From a virus (taxonomy: Duplodnaviria; Caudoviricetes), in the IMG/VR virus record IMGVR_UViG_3300031994_000035, positions 32,001 through 96,000 of that record: a stretch of DNA of 64,000 nucleotides, one strand, 5' to 3'. The notes under the pieces are model-generated. The model saw only the letters and a list, made by a program, of their open reading frames with translations. It ran no database searches and was not told the origin of the DNA. Shown in pieces: positions 5,701 to 15,763 of the stretch. The translations under genes and the position numbers were made by a program. Numbering within the stretch: the stretch's first letter is position 1; every line of letters starts with the position of its first letter.

Positions 5701-7374
5701 TTAATACACCTGAGGAGCTTTTTCAACATCCATTACATTATCAGCAAGTAAAAGCAGTTGTGAATCCTTTACTACATACTGTTCTATAAGCAACATCAAA
5801 TCTTCTACCTTAACCATTTTATTCCAAATCCTCAAATTGGTAAGCTGTCCGTTAAATTTCTGAATGCTTACTGTCGCATCCTTCATTTCATATTGTGAAA
5901 TATTGGCTGACTTAATTGACTTGAATACAAGAACATTATTCATAGCATTAAGTTTCTGTAGTTCATACAAACATACTTGCGACATCATGTTTCTCTGCAT
6001 ATATACCACAGCATACCAAGTATTTTCAGAAATATTTTGAAAACTGTTTGTTTTTCCATTTATTGAAGTCACTATTTTTGAATTGGATATTGACAGCTTA
6101 AATGTTTTTTCATTATTTGAAATTTTCAAAATATCTTTTGTATTCGTATCACTTACTTTGAACAGCAAAGAAATCATTCTGTCATTTTCAATGCTTGAAA
6201 AATCTATCAGGTCATTGTATACAACGGAATCTTGATTTTTAGAATCTGTCAGGTCATAATGATTTCTTGATATTATAGCCATCTTATCACGTAAGTCATA
6301 CTTTACAATCTTGACATATTTGTCAACCGATTTTCTTAAATCATCAAATGAATAAGGTGTTTGTACTGATACCTGTTCCTGTATCGTATGATTTGCTTTT
6401 TCCATTTCGATACCGGCACCGCCATCTTTTTCATATTCTTCTTCTATACCTGTAATTACATCCAATGTGTCTTCAAGCAGCGATTCTCCGTCATCAGTTT
6501 TGTCATACTGCCTTTCTGCACGTTTTTCAAATTGTTTTAATGATATAATCCAAAATGTCGATAGTTCTTCATGCTTCGTATCATCAATTACAGAATTTAT
6601 CTCATACATATTATGAAACATTGTATTGACATAAATGTAGTCGCCAACATCAGGATGGGACTTTGGTCCAAATATTTCCCTAAAATGTTTTTTAAGAATA
6701 TGTACAGTAAACATTGTAGGATAATCCATCATTAAAGGATTAAAACTTATATCTGTAGACGGCAATGTTTGATTTGGAAACATAATCTTTACACACTTTT
6801 CTGAAACAACATTTATAAGACTGTATTCATTAAGTATGTAATCTGATGATCTTTTATCAGGGCTTGTCTTGAAGTATTTTACATCGACACCCATTGAATT
6901 GTTGATTATGTCATTAAGCTCAGTAGTTATTTTAGATGCAGCTTTTACAGAATCATATGGTGAAAACGGTTTTGACTGAGAAGCATCATTTTCATTACCT
7001 TTTAATATGATTGAATTATCCTGACAAGCTCCGCTACAAACTCCAGTACTTGCAGCTCTTGCCTCTATTTTACTAAGTATGCAATTATCGTTACTGTCAT
7101 TTGATTCCTTCATTTGAACAGTCTGAATTTCTACATTGAACTCCGTCTGTTCTGATTCCTCACTTTCGCTCTGCTCGTCAATTGCAAGACGTAAATAAAG
7201 TTTTCTATTTTTAGGGTATGCGAATTTTACCAAATTTTTATGGCTGACAGCAAGCCATTCAGACCAAAGTATTTCATCTTCTGATATAGAAAAATAAACT
7301 GTATTACTGTAATCAGTAATTATTTTATAGATACCGGCAACAGATTCAAATGTTTGTTCAAAGACAATTTCCAT
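5701..7374 (-). CDS. Putative neck/head-closure protein (T4 gp14-like core) with extra domains
   Basis: F..IFG...PDVGDYIY...MYEINSV motif like gp14; C-terminal beta-sandwich-like region. Confidence 0.55.
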   Translation of the reverse strand: MEIVFEQTFESVAGIYKIITDYSNTVYFSISEDEILWSEWLAVSHKNLVKFAYPKNRKLYLRLAIDEQSESEESEQTEFNVEIQTVQMKESNDSNDNCILSKIEARAASTGVCSGACQDNSIILKGNENDASQSKPFSPYDSVKAASKITTELNDIINNSMGVDVKYFKTSPDKRSSDYILNEYSLINVVSEKCVKIMFPNQTLPSTDISFNPLMMDYPTMFTVHILKKHFREIFGPKSHPDVGDYIYVNTMFHNMYEINSVIDDTKHEELSTFWIISLKQFEKRAERQYDKTDDGESLLEDTLDVITGIEEEYEKDGGAGIEMEKANHTIQEQVSVQTPYSFDDLRKSVDKYVKIVKYDLRDKMAIISRNHYDLTDSKNQDSVVYNDLIDFSSIENDRMISLLFKVSDTNTKDILKISNNEKTFKLSISNSKIVTSINGKTNSFQNISENTWYAVVYMQRNMMSQVCLYELQKLNAMNNVLVFKSIKSANISQYEMKDATVSIQKFNGQLTNLRIWNKMVKVEDLMLLIEQYVVKDSQLLLLADNVMDVEKAPQVY

Positions 7375-7487
7375 TAAGTTGTAAATTTAAGTTTATAACC
7401 TTTATTATTTATCGTTTCTATCAAACACAAAAAAATCCCTGATGAAGGTTTCACATAAATATAATATATAAATTAAACTTATTTGTA

Positions 7488-8042
7488 ATGTGTTCAAAGT
7501 CAAAAATATTAGTATTAGGAAAGTCTTACAGTCGTAAGGACGAATTATTAAAGGCATTGCTTGACCTTAAATTTTATCAAAAAGGTCTTATCAAAGTTTA
7601 TACCGACAATCCTGACAAATGCAATGATATTTGTTATGAGGTATGTTCACCTGAATTATTTGACAAACTTCATAAAAAGGATAAAATTAAAAAGGTATAT
7701 TATGATGAAACAAATCACAGGTACGGTATTAAGGATTCTGAGATAAGGTATGCAAAAATAATATCATGTCCTATTGAAATATACAATGACTATTCGGAAG
7801 AATTCAAAGATTATAAAACGGTATATGTTGAATCTGATGAAGAACAACACCGTGAAAGAATAGCGATGATGGAAGACAATGACATCAAATCTTCTATAAT
7901 TGACAAAATGAACACTGAGTCAGAACAATATGACCAAATTGATTCATATTATGATATTGTTATAAAAAGCTCATCATTTTATATGAATCCTATACAGAAT
8001 ATTGTTTTTTATATACAGCGAATTTTAATGGAATATAATTAA
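7488..8042 (+). CDS. Guanylate kinase-like protein (degenerate P-loop)
   Basis: ILVLGKSYSRKD N-terminus, RYG motif. Confidence 0.45.
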   Translation: MCSKSKILVLGKSYSRKDELLKALLDLKFYQKGLIKVYTDNPDKCNDICYEVCSPELFDKLHKKDKIKKVYYDETNHRYGIKDSEIRYAKIISCPIEIYNDYSEEFKDYKTVYVESDEEQHRERIAMMEDNDIKSSIIDKMNTESEQYDQIDSYYDIVIKSSSFYMNPIQNIVFYIQRILMEYN

Positions 8043-9566
8043 ATGATTTTAAAACATTCAGAAAATCCTAATTTCTTAGAAATTGTTTCGTGTTCACAAG
8101 TAGAATATAAGTGTCTTACAACAAATTATACAAAATTTGTAAAAGGCTATCAGTACAGGCCTACTTATATTAAAAAGCATTGGGATGGGAAATTGACGTT
8201 CATGCGTTATAAATATATTCCATTCGGTAGCTGGTCATACTTAAATTACCTGTGTAGGGAATTTAATATGGAAAGTAATGTCCTTCAAGTAGTCGAACCG
8301 ACAATTAACAAGCTTGACTATTCAGAATTTGAAAGTTATTGTCTTGACTTGATGAAAGATTCTAAATATACTCCAAGAGATTATCAAATACAAGCTGCTT
8401 GGAAAATCATAAAATACAAAAAATGTATGGCCCAGCTTGCAACTTCAGCAGGCAAGACTTTAATTACATTTTTAGTATTTTCATATCTTGTAGACAGGTG
8501 CGGAGTTAAAAAAATCTTAATGGTTGTACCGACAGTACCACTTGTTAGACAAGCATGCAAAGATTTTGAAGACTATAAAGCTGGAAAATTTAGTGTTTGT
8601 GAAATATATGCAGGTCAAAAAGATGATTCTGATAAGTGTATAATTACTGTTGGTACATTTCAATCTCTTTGTAAAAAACCAAAAGAATATTTTGACAAAT
8701 ATGGTTGCTGTATGGTAGACGAATGTCATAGAATGTCAGCAATATCAGAATCAAAAATTATAGAACTTTGTGACTGCCAATATAAATGGGGATTATCAGG
8801 AACTGTTCCTACCAATTTCAAATATGCTGATGCACTACAAGCCGTATGCTTGTTAGGACCACTTGTGGTCAACATTAAAGCTTCAGACTTGCAAGATCTA
8901 GGCTTTATATCAAAATGCTTCATACATCGCATTATTTTGGATTATTCTCATATTAAGAATAAGAAGCAGATACAGTCAATGGCCGAAACAAGAAAACTTA
9001 TAAAAACTATAGAAGATACTGAAATGAAAGCACGTGCTTCATCAAAATTGTATGCTTCTGAAAAGAATTTTATAGTTGAACTTAATTCAAGGTTAGACTA
9101 TATAACTGATCTTGTTACATCATTAAAAGGAAATACATTGATACTTGTACATCATATCGCATACCTTGAAAAACTTGAAAAGAATTTGAAACTTGCAACG
9201 GATGCAAAGGTTTACACAATTTCAGGAACTACGTCATACGACAACCGGGATTTTGTAAAAGACGAAATCGAGAATAATCAGGATTGCATAATGCTTGCGA
9301 CATTTGGAACCTGCAGTACAGGTATAAACATTACCAATCTTAACAACCTTATACTTGCTGAAAGTTTTAAATCACAAGTTATTGTATTACAATCTATTGG
9401 AAGATTATTAAGAAAAAATGCTCAAAAGACTATTGCAATGATTTATGACATTTGCGACAACATCTACAGAGGTTGTGCAATTTATAAACATGCTTCTGAA
9501 CGTAAGAAACTGTATGATGAGCAAAAGTTTAAATATGATGAAATTACTAATAAATTAAAATATTAA
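8043..9566 (+). CDS. uvsW: UvsW-like SF2 DNA helicase
   Basis: PRDYQ, ATSAGKT, DECH, SGT, STGINI, QSIGRLLR. Confidence 0.9.
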   Translation: MILKHSENPNFLEIVSCSQVEYKCLTTNYTKFVKGYQYRPTYIKKHWDGKLTFMRYKYIPFGSWSYLNYLCREFNMESNVLQVVEPTINKLDYSEFESYCLDLMKDSKYTPRDYQIQAAWKIIKYKKCMAQLATSAGKTLITFLVFSYLVDRCGVKKILMVVPTVPLVRQACKDFEDYKAGKFSVCEIYAGQKDDSDKCIITVGTFQSLCKKPKEYFDKYGCCMVDECHRMSAISESKIIELCDCQYKWGLSGTVPTNFKYADALQAVCLLGPLVVNIKASDLQDLGFISKCFIHRIILDYSHIKNKKQIQSMAETRKLIKTIEDTEMKARASSKLYASEKNFIVELNSRLDYITDLVTSLKGNTLILVHHIAYLEKLEKNLKLATDAKVYTISGTTSYDNRDFVKDEIENNQDCIMLATFGTCSTGINITNLNNLILAESFKSQVIVLQSIGRLLRKNAQKTIAMIYDICDNIYRGCAIYKHASERKKLYDEQKFKYDEITNKLKY

Positions 9567-9569
9567 ATT

Positions 9570-10052
9570 ATGAAACAAGAAATTAATCTTACTAACGGTA
9601 AAATCTTAGAAATTAAAGATTTCTTTATAGCTGTTGAAAGTAAAAAACAAAATGATTTACTTTCTAAAATAATTTATGCCAAAAATTCAGAATCATTGAA
9701 AAATACAATCTACGAAGTATCTGAAAATTTTGAAAAAATACAAAATGACAATCAGAAAACGATAAATGATTATTCAAGATATAAGGCTGCTATAAATTAT
9801 TTAATGCAAACTTATAAAGACGACAAAGAAGCTTTACGTGATGAAATCGACAAGGTAAATTCTGAATATAATGACATCATTGAGGCATACCGTTATTTTG
9901 ATACTGAAATTATGAAGACATTTTTTGATAATGAAATCACAGTCAAAATTGAGCCTATAAAAATTTCTACGGTACAACTTGGTGAAATTTTATTCAAAGA
10001 AAATAACCTACCAATTGTAATTGTTGACAAATTTATCACATTTACCTGTTAG
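9570..10052 (+). CDS. Hypothetical coiled-coil protein
   Basis: 160-aa ORF in operon. Confidence 0.65.
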   Translation: MKQEINLTNGKILEIKDFFIAVESKKQNDLLSKIIYAKNSESLKNTIYEVSENFEKIQNDNQKTINDYSRYKAAINYLMQTYKDDKEALRDEIDKVNSEYNDIIEAYRYFDTEIMKTFFDNEITVKIEPIKISTVQLGEILFKENNLPIVIVDKFITFTC

Positions 10053-10091
10053 TTTATTGTTTATTATATTAAAATTTAAAATTTATTACAA

Positions 10092-11072
10092 ATGGATCAA
10101 AGTACTTCAGAATTGTTTACAGAAAAATATCGTCCTAAAATGGTAAAATATATTGTTTTACCAGAACGAATAAAGAAAGTCCTGCCCTTGGAAAAAGACA
10201 GTCAGATTTTCAATTATATATTCTATGGGCAACCTGGTTCAGGTAAGACTACTGCTGCAAAAGCAATCATTAAACAATCAAATTCAAGATACCTTTATAT
10301 AAATGGTTCTTCAGAAAACGGTATTGACATTATTCGTACAAAAGTTACAGATTTTGCAAGAGAACGCTCAATAGCCCTTGATGAAGATGCAAATTCTATA
10401 AAAATCGTATTCATAGATGAGGCCGATATGCTCACACTGAATGCCTTTACAGCTTTACGTTCTTTAATAGAACAATTTGCAGCAAATACACGTTTCATAT
10501 TCACTTGTAATTATTTCAATAAAATACCTGAAGCAATTACAAGTAGATGCAGATGTATTAACTTTGATGTTGATTCAAAGGAACGTGAAGAAATTTTTGG
10601 TAGTTATAAAAAACTTGTAAACCTTGTCTGCAATAAGGAACAGATTACAATATCGGATGAAAATACAGATTTGTTACTCAATACATTCTTACCGGATATG
10701 CGTAAAGTATATCAGTGTCTGAATATTGTAAAGGCAAACGGCGCAAATGAAATAACTGAAAATTTTATTCGCGAGTACCGTGACGGTATTGTAGATGATG
10801 ATTTTATCTATGACTTATGTACAAACCTTGACCTTTCAGATTCAGAAATTTATACAAAAATGATTGACAAGATTTCTGATATCGATTTTGTATTTAAGTA
10901 TTTGTCTACCAGATTCCTTGACAAAGTATTGAACACACACCCAGAATTATTATCATTATTAGTATTGGATATACAGACATATAGTTATCAGCTTTCATCA
11001 TCATTTGATAAGATGATAACACTTATTGCCTGCATTTTTAAAATTAGACAGAATTATAAAAAATTAAACTAA
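10092..11072 (+). CDS. Clamp loader AAA+ subunit (T4 gp44/RFC-like)
   Basis: EKYRP, GQPGSGKT, DEAD, SRC motifs. Confidence 0.92.
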   Translation: MDQSTSELFTEKYRPKMVKYIVLPERIKKVLPLEKDSQIFNYIFYGQPGSGKTTAAKAIIKQSNSRYLYINGSSENGIDIIRTKVTDFARERSIALDEDANSIKIVFIDEADMLTLNAFTALRSLIEQFAANTRFIFTCNYFNKIPEAITSRCRCINFDVDSKEREEIFGSYKKLVNLVCNKEQITISDENTDLLLNTFLPDMRKVYQCLNIVKANGANEITENFIREYRDGIVDDDFIYDLCTNLDLSDSEIYTKMIDKISDIDFVFKYLSTRFLDKVLNTHPELLSLLVLDIQTYSYQLSSSFDKMITLIACIFKIRQNYKKLN

Positions 11073-11079
11073 AATTATT

Positions 11080-11295
11080 ATGAAACATTTATCTTATGAA
11101 CATAGACAGAAGATTTCGGAAGCACACAAAAATAAACGTCGAAAGCCATTCTCTGAAGAATGGAAACGAAAGATGTCAGAAGCGCATAAAGGAAAGAAAT
11201 TCTCTGAAGAACACAAACAAAAAATCGCATTATCAGTCAAAAAGACATTACAAAGTAAGAAAGCCCTCATCAACTCGCAGAATCCTACGACTTAG
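11080..11295 (+). CDS. NUMOD3-motif DNA-binding protein without nuclease domain
   Basis: Three repeats of SxExRxKISEAHKGK. Confidence 0.7.
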   Translation: MKHLSYEHRQKISEAHKNKRRKPFSEEWKRKMSEAHKGKKFSEEHKQKIALSVKKTLQSKKALINSQNPTT

Positions 11296-11755
11296 GAGGT
11301 ATTCCAGGAAATTACTTTATACACTTTTTGCTCTTATTCTAACAATAGACATATCTCAATACCGTAATATAAAGATATATGAAGTTTCAGCTAATAAACA
11401 GAAAATGCCTATATCTAGAATATGTACGATTACAGTCTATAATCCTGATAAAAAGCAATGTAATGAAGATTTCCTGCATACAGCCGATATGAGTTTTATT
11501 GATACAAATAAATTAAAGGATTTCAGTATTAGGTGGTGTGCTGTTTCAAATAATCTGTTACAGGATTTTTGTAATTTCGGCGACACTTTGTATATCAAAA
11601 TAGGTGATGAATTAATAGATGGTAAATGGGTTGTTCATGACAGAATGAATAAAAGGTTTACCAATTATGTAGATTTATTGTCTGATAAAAAATTTAACAA
11701 AAGAATTAACAAAAGAAAATCAATAGAAATATATAATCTAAGCAGATATGAATAG
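11096..11755 (+). CDS. 3D-domain (MltA-like) cell-wall protein with membrane anchor; start uncertain
   Basis: TVYNP..QC...TAD, RWCAVS, FGD, V.DRMNKRF..VDLL; hydrophobic LLYTLFALILTI. Confidence 0.55.
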   Translation: MNIDRRFRKHTKINVESHSLKNGNERCQKRIKERNSLKNTNKKSHYQSKRHYKVRKPSSTRRILRLRRYSRKLLYTLFALILTIDISQYRNIKIYEVSANKQKMPISRICTITVYNPDKKQCNEDFLHTADMSFIDTNKLKDFSIRWCAVSNNLLQDFCNFGDTLYIKIGDELIDGKWVVHDRMNKRFTNYVDLLSDKKFNKRINKRKSIEIYNLSRYE

Positions 11756-13388
11756 TGAGTATGAGGTAGAGAAATTTTGTGACAGACTTCTTGAAAGCTA
11801 TATGTCAACCAATGACGACGTAAATAGTTTTATTTCAAGATGTTTGTCTGCATTATCTGATGGATTTTATCGAGATATGGTATGTATATTTGATATGTAT
11901 GCATCATCATATTATGTTAAAAGACAGTTAAATAACGTATTATCAAAAAAGAATAAAGAAGATGTTGAGTTTATCTATATCGACAGATTTATACAAGACG
12001 AAGAAGAACTTAAAAAATTTATTGAAAAGAAGGTAAAACCGACAAATGCTAATTTATATGTTGTTGATTTTTCAATATCTTTTACAAAGGTCAATGATGC
12101 AATCTATCATTATATAGACAATACAATACAAATGCTGAAAATTCTTTGCAAACAGATTTCCTCAAAAAGAAAGAAAAAGTGTGTATTTAATTTGTCAATT
12201 ATCAATGATGACTGCGAAGATCTTATTGACGAACTTACTTCAAGATTCTTTGTCAATATGAAAATTTACAATGATTCTTTGAAGATAAATGAAAAATATG
12301 CCAAGAAATATTATCAATTTATAGATAAAATAACAAAACCGCAAAATACTCTCAACAGCCTACTTAATGATGTAGATTTTGAGAAAACAAATAGCTTTGG
12401 TAAAATTACAAATATATCAAGAGTCTTTAAAGATTTATGTTATGACAGTGCTGTAATACTTTTCTATAACAATGAAAAAATACTTAATAACTTCAAACAA
12501 ACCTACAATTCAGTATTTCATTTCAAAAGCCTTAATACAGCCAATGTAAATGTCGATTCATTAAAAACATTTTGCTGTAAGAATATTATAGGCCAAGATG
12601 AATCTATTGAAAAAATTTGCCAGCGACTTGAATCAAGAATATTATTCGGTACATCTGAAAGAATACTGATGACAGCAATGCTTGCCGGCAGTACGGGTGT
12701 AGGTAAAACTGAAACTGTAAAAATTATTGCTGAATACCTTAAAAAATATGACTATGATTTTTACACTTATGATATGTCTACATATTCATCAGGTATGAAT
12801 GTCGCTTCATTATTTGGTGCTGCTCCTGGTTATGTAGGATATAGTGAAGGAGGAGCTCTTATAAATGATTTAGCAAATAACAACCGTGCTGTTATCTTAT
12901 TTGATGAAATTGAAAAAGCTGACACACTTGTACTCAACTCATTGTTAAAGATGCTTGATGAAGGTTTTATCAAAACACATACAGGAGACACAATCACACT
13001 TGACAAGTGCCTTATATTTATGACAACCAACAGCGGTTCGAAAGAATCAAAAATAAAATCAGTAGGTTTTAATAATAAAGGCACTGATAAAAGTAAAGTA
13101 TATAATAAAGCGATTTCAGGTGATTTCAGACCGGAATTTTTATCAAGACTTGATGAAGTGCTTATATTCAATGATTTGTCAGAATCTGATTATCGTAAAA
13201 TAATAAACCTTCAATTCAAGAGAATTAAAAAGAAAATAAAAGACAAGTATTCTATTAACATAAACTTAGATACCTATTATAAAGATAAAATCTTAAAACA
13301 AATTTCAGAAAATGGATCCAATGTTCGTTCTGTAAAAAGAATGTTGGAACAGGCTGTAATGACTAAACTAAAAAATTTACAAAAATGA
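11748..13388 (+). CDS. ClpA/ClpB-type AAA+ ATPase (NBD2 only) with divergent N-terminus
   Basis: IIGQD, GSTGVGKTE, GAAPGYVGYSEGG, LFDEIEKA, FRPEFLSRLD. Confidence 0.85.
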   Translation: MNSEYEVEKFCDRLLESYMSTNDDVNSFISRCLSALSDGFYRDMVCIFDMYASSYYVKRQLNNVLSKKNKEDVEFIYIDRFIQDEEELKKFIEKKVKPTNANLYVVDFSISFTKVNDAIYHYIDNTIQMLKILCKQISSKRKKKCVFNLSIINDDCEDLIDELTSRFFVNMKIYNDSLKINEKYAKKYYQFIDKITKPQNTLNSLLNDVDFEKTNSFGKITNISRVFKDLCYDSAVILFYNNEKILNNFKQTYNSVFHFKSLNTANVNVDSLKTFCCKNIIGQDESIEKICQRLESRILFGTSERILMTAMLAGSTGVGKTETVKIIAEYLKKYDYDFYTYDMSTYSSGMNVASLFGAAPGYVGYSEGGALINDLANNNRAVILFDEIEKADTLVLNSLLKMLDEGFIKTHTGDTITLDKCLIFMTTNSGSKESKIKSVGFNNKGTDKSKVYNKAISGDFRPEFLSRLDEVLIFNDLSESDYRKIINLQFKRIKKKIKDKYSININLDTYYKDKILKQISENGSNVRSVKRMLEQAVMTKLKNLQK

Positions 13389-13858
13389 TAGTATTAAAGC
13401 ATAAAGACAAACGCGTTGTCAGTGTAAGATATATCTATAATAGTGAAAATCAATTACTTGACGATGACGAAATTTTACTTGATTCTACAGATATATATAG
13501 AATATTAAATAAACATAATAAAAAAGAACAAGTAACATCTATAACAAAATCCTTTATTCGGGATATTATTTCAATAATAGAAACAGCTTTTGAAATTCGT
13601 CCAAATACATTAAATATCAATAAACGATATGAAAATTATGTAATTGCAAGATATACAGGTATGTATATCTTATATAAACATCATTATGGCTCACTTTCAA
13701 AGATAGCAAGTGTATTTAATAAGGATCATGCAACAGTCATACATGCAAATCAAGTTATTGAAAATATCCTTACAACACATGACAAACGAAATTATTCAAA
13801 AGTAAAGCAATGCATTGATAGCTGTGAAGAATATTTTTTAACCATGACAGAACAATAA
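13385..13858 (+). CDS. DnaA domain IV-like HTH protein
   Basis: ARY.GMY......SLSKIA.VFNKDHATVIHA signature. Confidence 0.8.
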   Translation: MIVLKHKDKRVVSVRYIYNSENQLLDDDEILLDSTDIYRILNKHNKKEQVTSITKSFIRDIISIIETAFEIRPNTLNINKRYENYVIARYTGMYILYKHHYGSLSKIASVFNKDHATVIHANQVIENILTTHDKRNYSKVKQCIDSCEEYFLTMTEQ

Positions 13859-13895
13859 CGGAATCCATATAAATAATAAAAATAGCTAATTTAAT

Positions 13896-14834
13896 ATGGA
13901 CAATATTTCATCATTGCATAATATATATTCATTTGACATTGTTGTCAGTGACGACGACAAAAAACTTAATACAAAAGAATTTATAGAAAAAATATCTCAA
14001 GAATATAAAGATGAATACTTTTCTGAAAATTCAAATCATGAAATAGTCATATCTAATATTGATATAGAATTTTTGAAATGTACATTATTAACTCTTGAAG
14101 ATATTATCAACCGTTCAAAAATAAAAAATTATACAGTATCTATAAATGCTCGTTGTACTACAACTACATTTGATACATTTAACACTCAAAAATTCTTTCA
14201 TGATTATGACGAAGATGAAATCTATAATTACCTTGGTAAAAACTTTGATAGGTTTAGAAAATTTTATAATTATCCAGTAACCTATCAAGAAGCAAAAGAA
14301 GGCTTTAAATCGAAAATATCAAATTTTGTAGTTGATTCAAAAGATTACTATATTGACTTGTTATCTACTCCGAATACTATAAAAATCAATTGTTTCAAAG
14401 GTGTTGATGACTTTAAGAAAATAGCTACTGTATCAAATTATATTGTAAGTATTGTAGATAGCTGTATCAATAACTTTGAAACATACTTGTTCAATGAATC
14501 TGAAAAGGTTTTTTCAGATATTGTTGAAACTTATGAAACAGGACATACATTCTGGAAATCTTTAAGTAAAAATCATGAATTACTTATAGACTTGAAAGAA
14601 TATGACAAAGATGAGTATTTTAACTTTGAATATTTTAGAGATGCACTTGTGTGTCTTGATAAAATTTTTCATAGTAAAGATAAAATGGCAATCAACCTAG
14701 ATACTGAAAACCTATGTCTTGAAATTAATACTGATAAACTTGAAAATTATTATCTTTGCAATAAGTCAAATATAAAAATATATCTGCTTGCAGATATAAA
14801 GGGATGCAGACTTATAAATATTGAAGTTAAATAA
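13896..14834 (+). CDS. Hypothetical protein
   Basis: 312-aa ORF after TATAAATA. Confidence 0.6.
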   Translation: MDNISSLHNIYSFDIVVSDDDKKLNTKEFIEKISQEYKDEYFSENSNHEIVISNIDIEFLKCTLLTLEDIINRSKIKNYTVSINARCTTTTFDTFNTQKFFHDYDEDEIYNYLGKNFDRFRKFYNYPVTYQEAKEGFKSKISNFVVDSKDYYIDLLSTPNTIKINCFKGVDDFKKIATVSNYIVSIVDSCINNFETYLFNESEKVFSDIVETYETGHTFWKSLSKNHELLIDLKEYDKDEYFNFEYFRDALVCLDKIFHSKDKMAINLDTENLCLEINTDKLENYYLCNKSNIKIYLLADIKGCRLINIEVK

Positions 14835-14845
14835 AACCTATAATT

Positions 14846-15292
14846 ATGAAAACTATAAAATCATTTAAACAATTCTTAAAAGAAAATAATATTATGAGAA
14901 GATCCATATATGAGCTACTTGCTGATCCAAGTACTCCTGCTTTTATCAGAAAAGCATTCGTGCCTGACATATCTGAATTTAGGTCAAATGTTCTTGGTCT
15001 TGCAGACGAACATGAAATAAATCTTAATAAAGACTATATAACTAAATTTATAGAACAGCATTCTGAAGCAACTGGTACTCCTAAAGAATTGTATGCTGCT
15101 TGTTTTGAAGCAATTATGTTTGAAAAAGCAAATGAAATGCTTGACAAACAAGCTTTGATTCCACAAGATTCTAAGTATGCTATGCAAAATCCTCCAGATG
15201 AAGTAGTTATTGATATTTTCAATGATTTAGGTCTTGCGACTTCTCAACTACAAACAGCTAATAGACTAATTGACATATTGGATAATGACTAA
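14846..15292 (+). CDS. Putative virion-internal protein (KSFKQFLKE N-terminus)
   Basis: N-terminal motif shared with several ORFs; TATAAATA upstream. Confidence 0.55.
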   Translation: MKTIKSFKQFLKENNIMRRSIYELLADPSTPAFIRKAFVPDISEFRSNVLGLADEHEINLNKDYITKFIEQHSEATGTPKELYAACFEAIMFEKANEMLDKQALIPQDSKYAMQNPPDEVVIDIFNDLGLATSQLQTANRLIDILDND

Positions 15293-15304
15293 ATTTGAAT
15301 AAAA

Positions 15305-15715
15305 ATGGAATTAAAGACATTTAATGAATTCATAAATTCGTCAAAAAAATATAAAGAGGTTCAAACAACATTTATAAATTTCCTAAGATATTTTATGCAT
15401 ACAGGCGTTAATGACAAAATTACACTTGACATGTGCAATAGTCTTTTGAAAACGAATCCTGAAATAATTTTTTCAAAGCTTTCAAATAAATTTATGAATG
15501 CTGATGAACTATTTAAGCAAACGTCGGTAAAAGATGTGTATAATATAAGATGTACTGAAGACAGACAGGCTTCGCTTATAACTTTATCAAAGGGTTCGAC
15601 AGTAAATTTTAAGACATATACGTCAGAATCTCCTGATTTATTTGAAAAATCTATAAAACAATATATGGTTGAAGAAGAATCAGAATCTTCTGAAGAATCA
15701 GAATCAAATCAGTAG
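15305..15715 (+). CDS. Putative virion-internal protein (LKTFNEFIN N-terminus)
   Basis: Shared N-terminal motif. Confidence 0.55.
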   Translation: MELKTFNEFINSSKKYKEVQTTFINFLRYFMHTGVNDKITLDMCNSLLKTNPEIIFSKLSNKFMNADELFKQTSVKDVYNIRCTEDRQASLITLSKGSTVNFKTYTSESPDLFEKSIKQYMVEEESESSEESESNQ

Positions 15716-15763
15716 TTGTAATAAATAGTTTATAGACGGTTGTAAACTAAATACATAAAGGTA

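Noticed and set aside
5265-5729. Minus-strand hydrophobic 154-aa ORF
   Set aside because: Antisense shadow of the repetitive Lys/Ala-rich gene; the same applies to other antisense ORFs such as 47503-48216 and 63279-63800.
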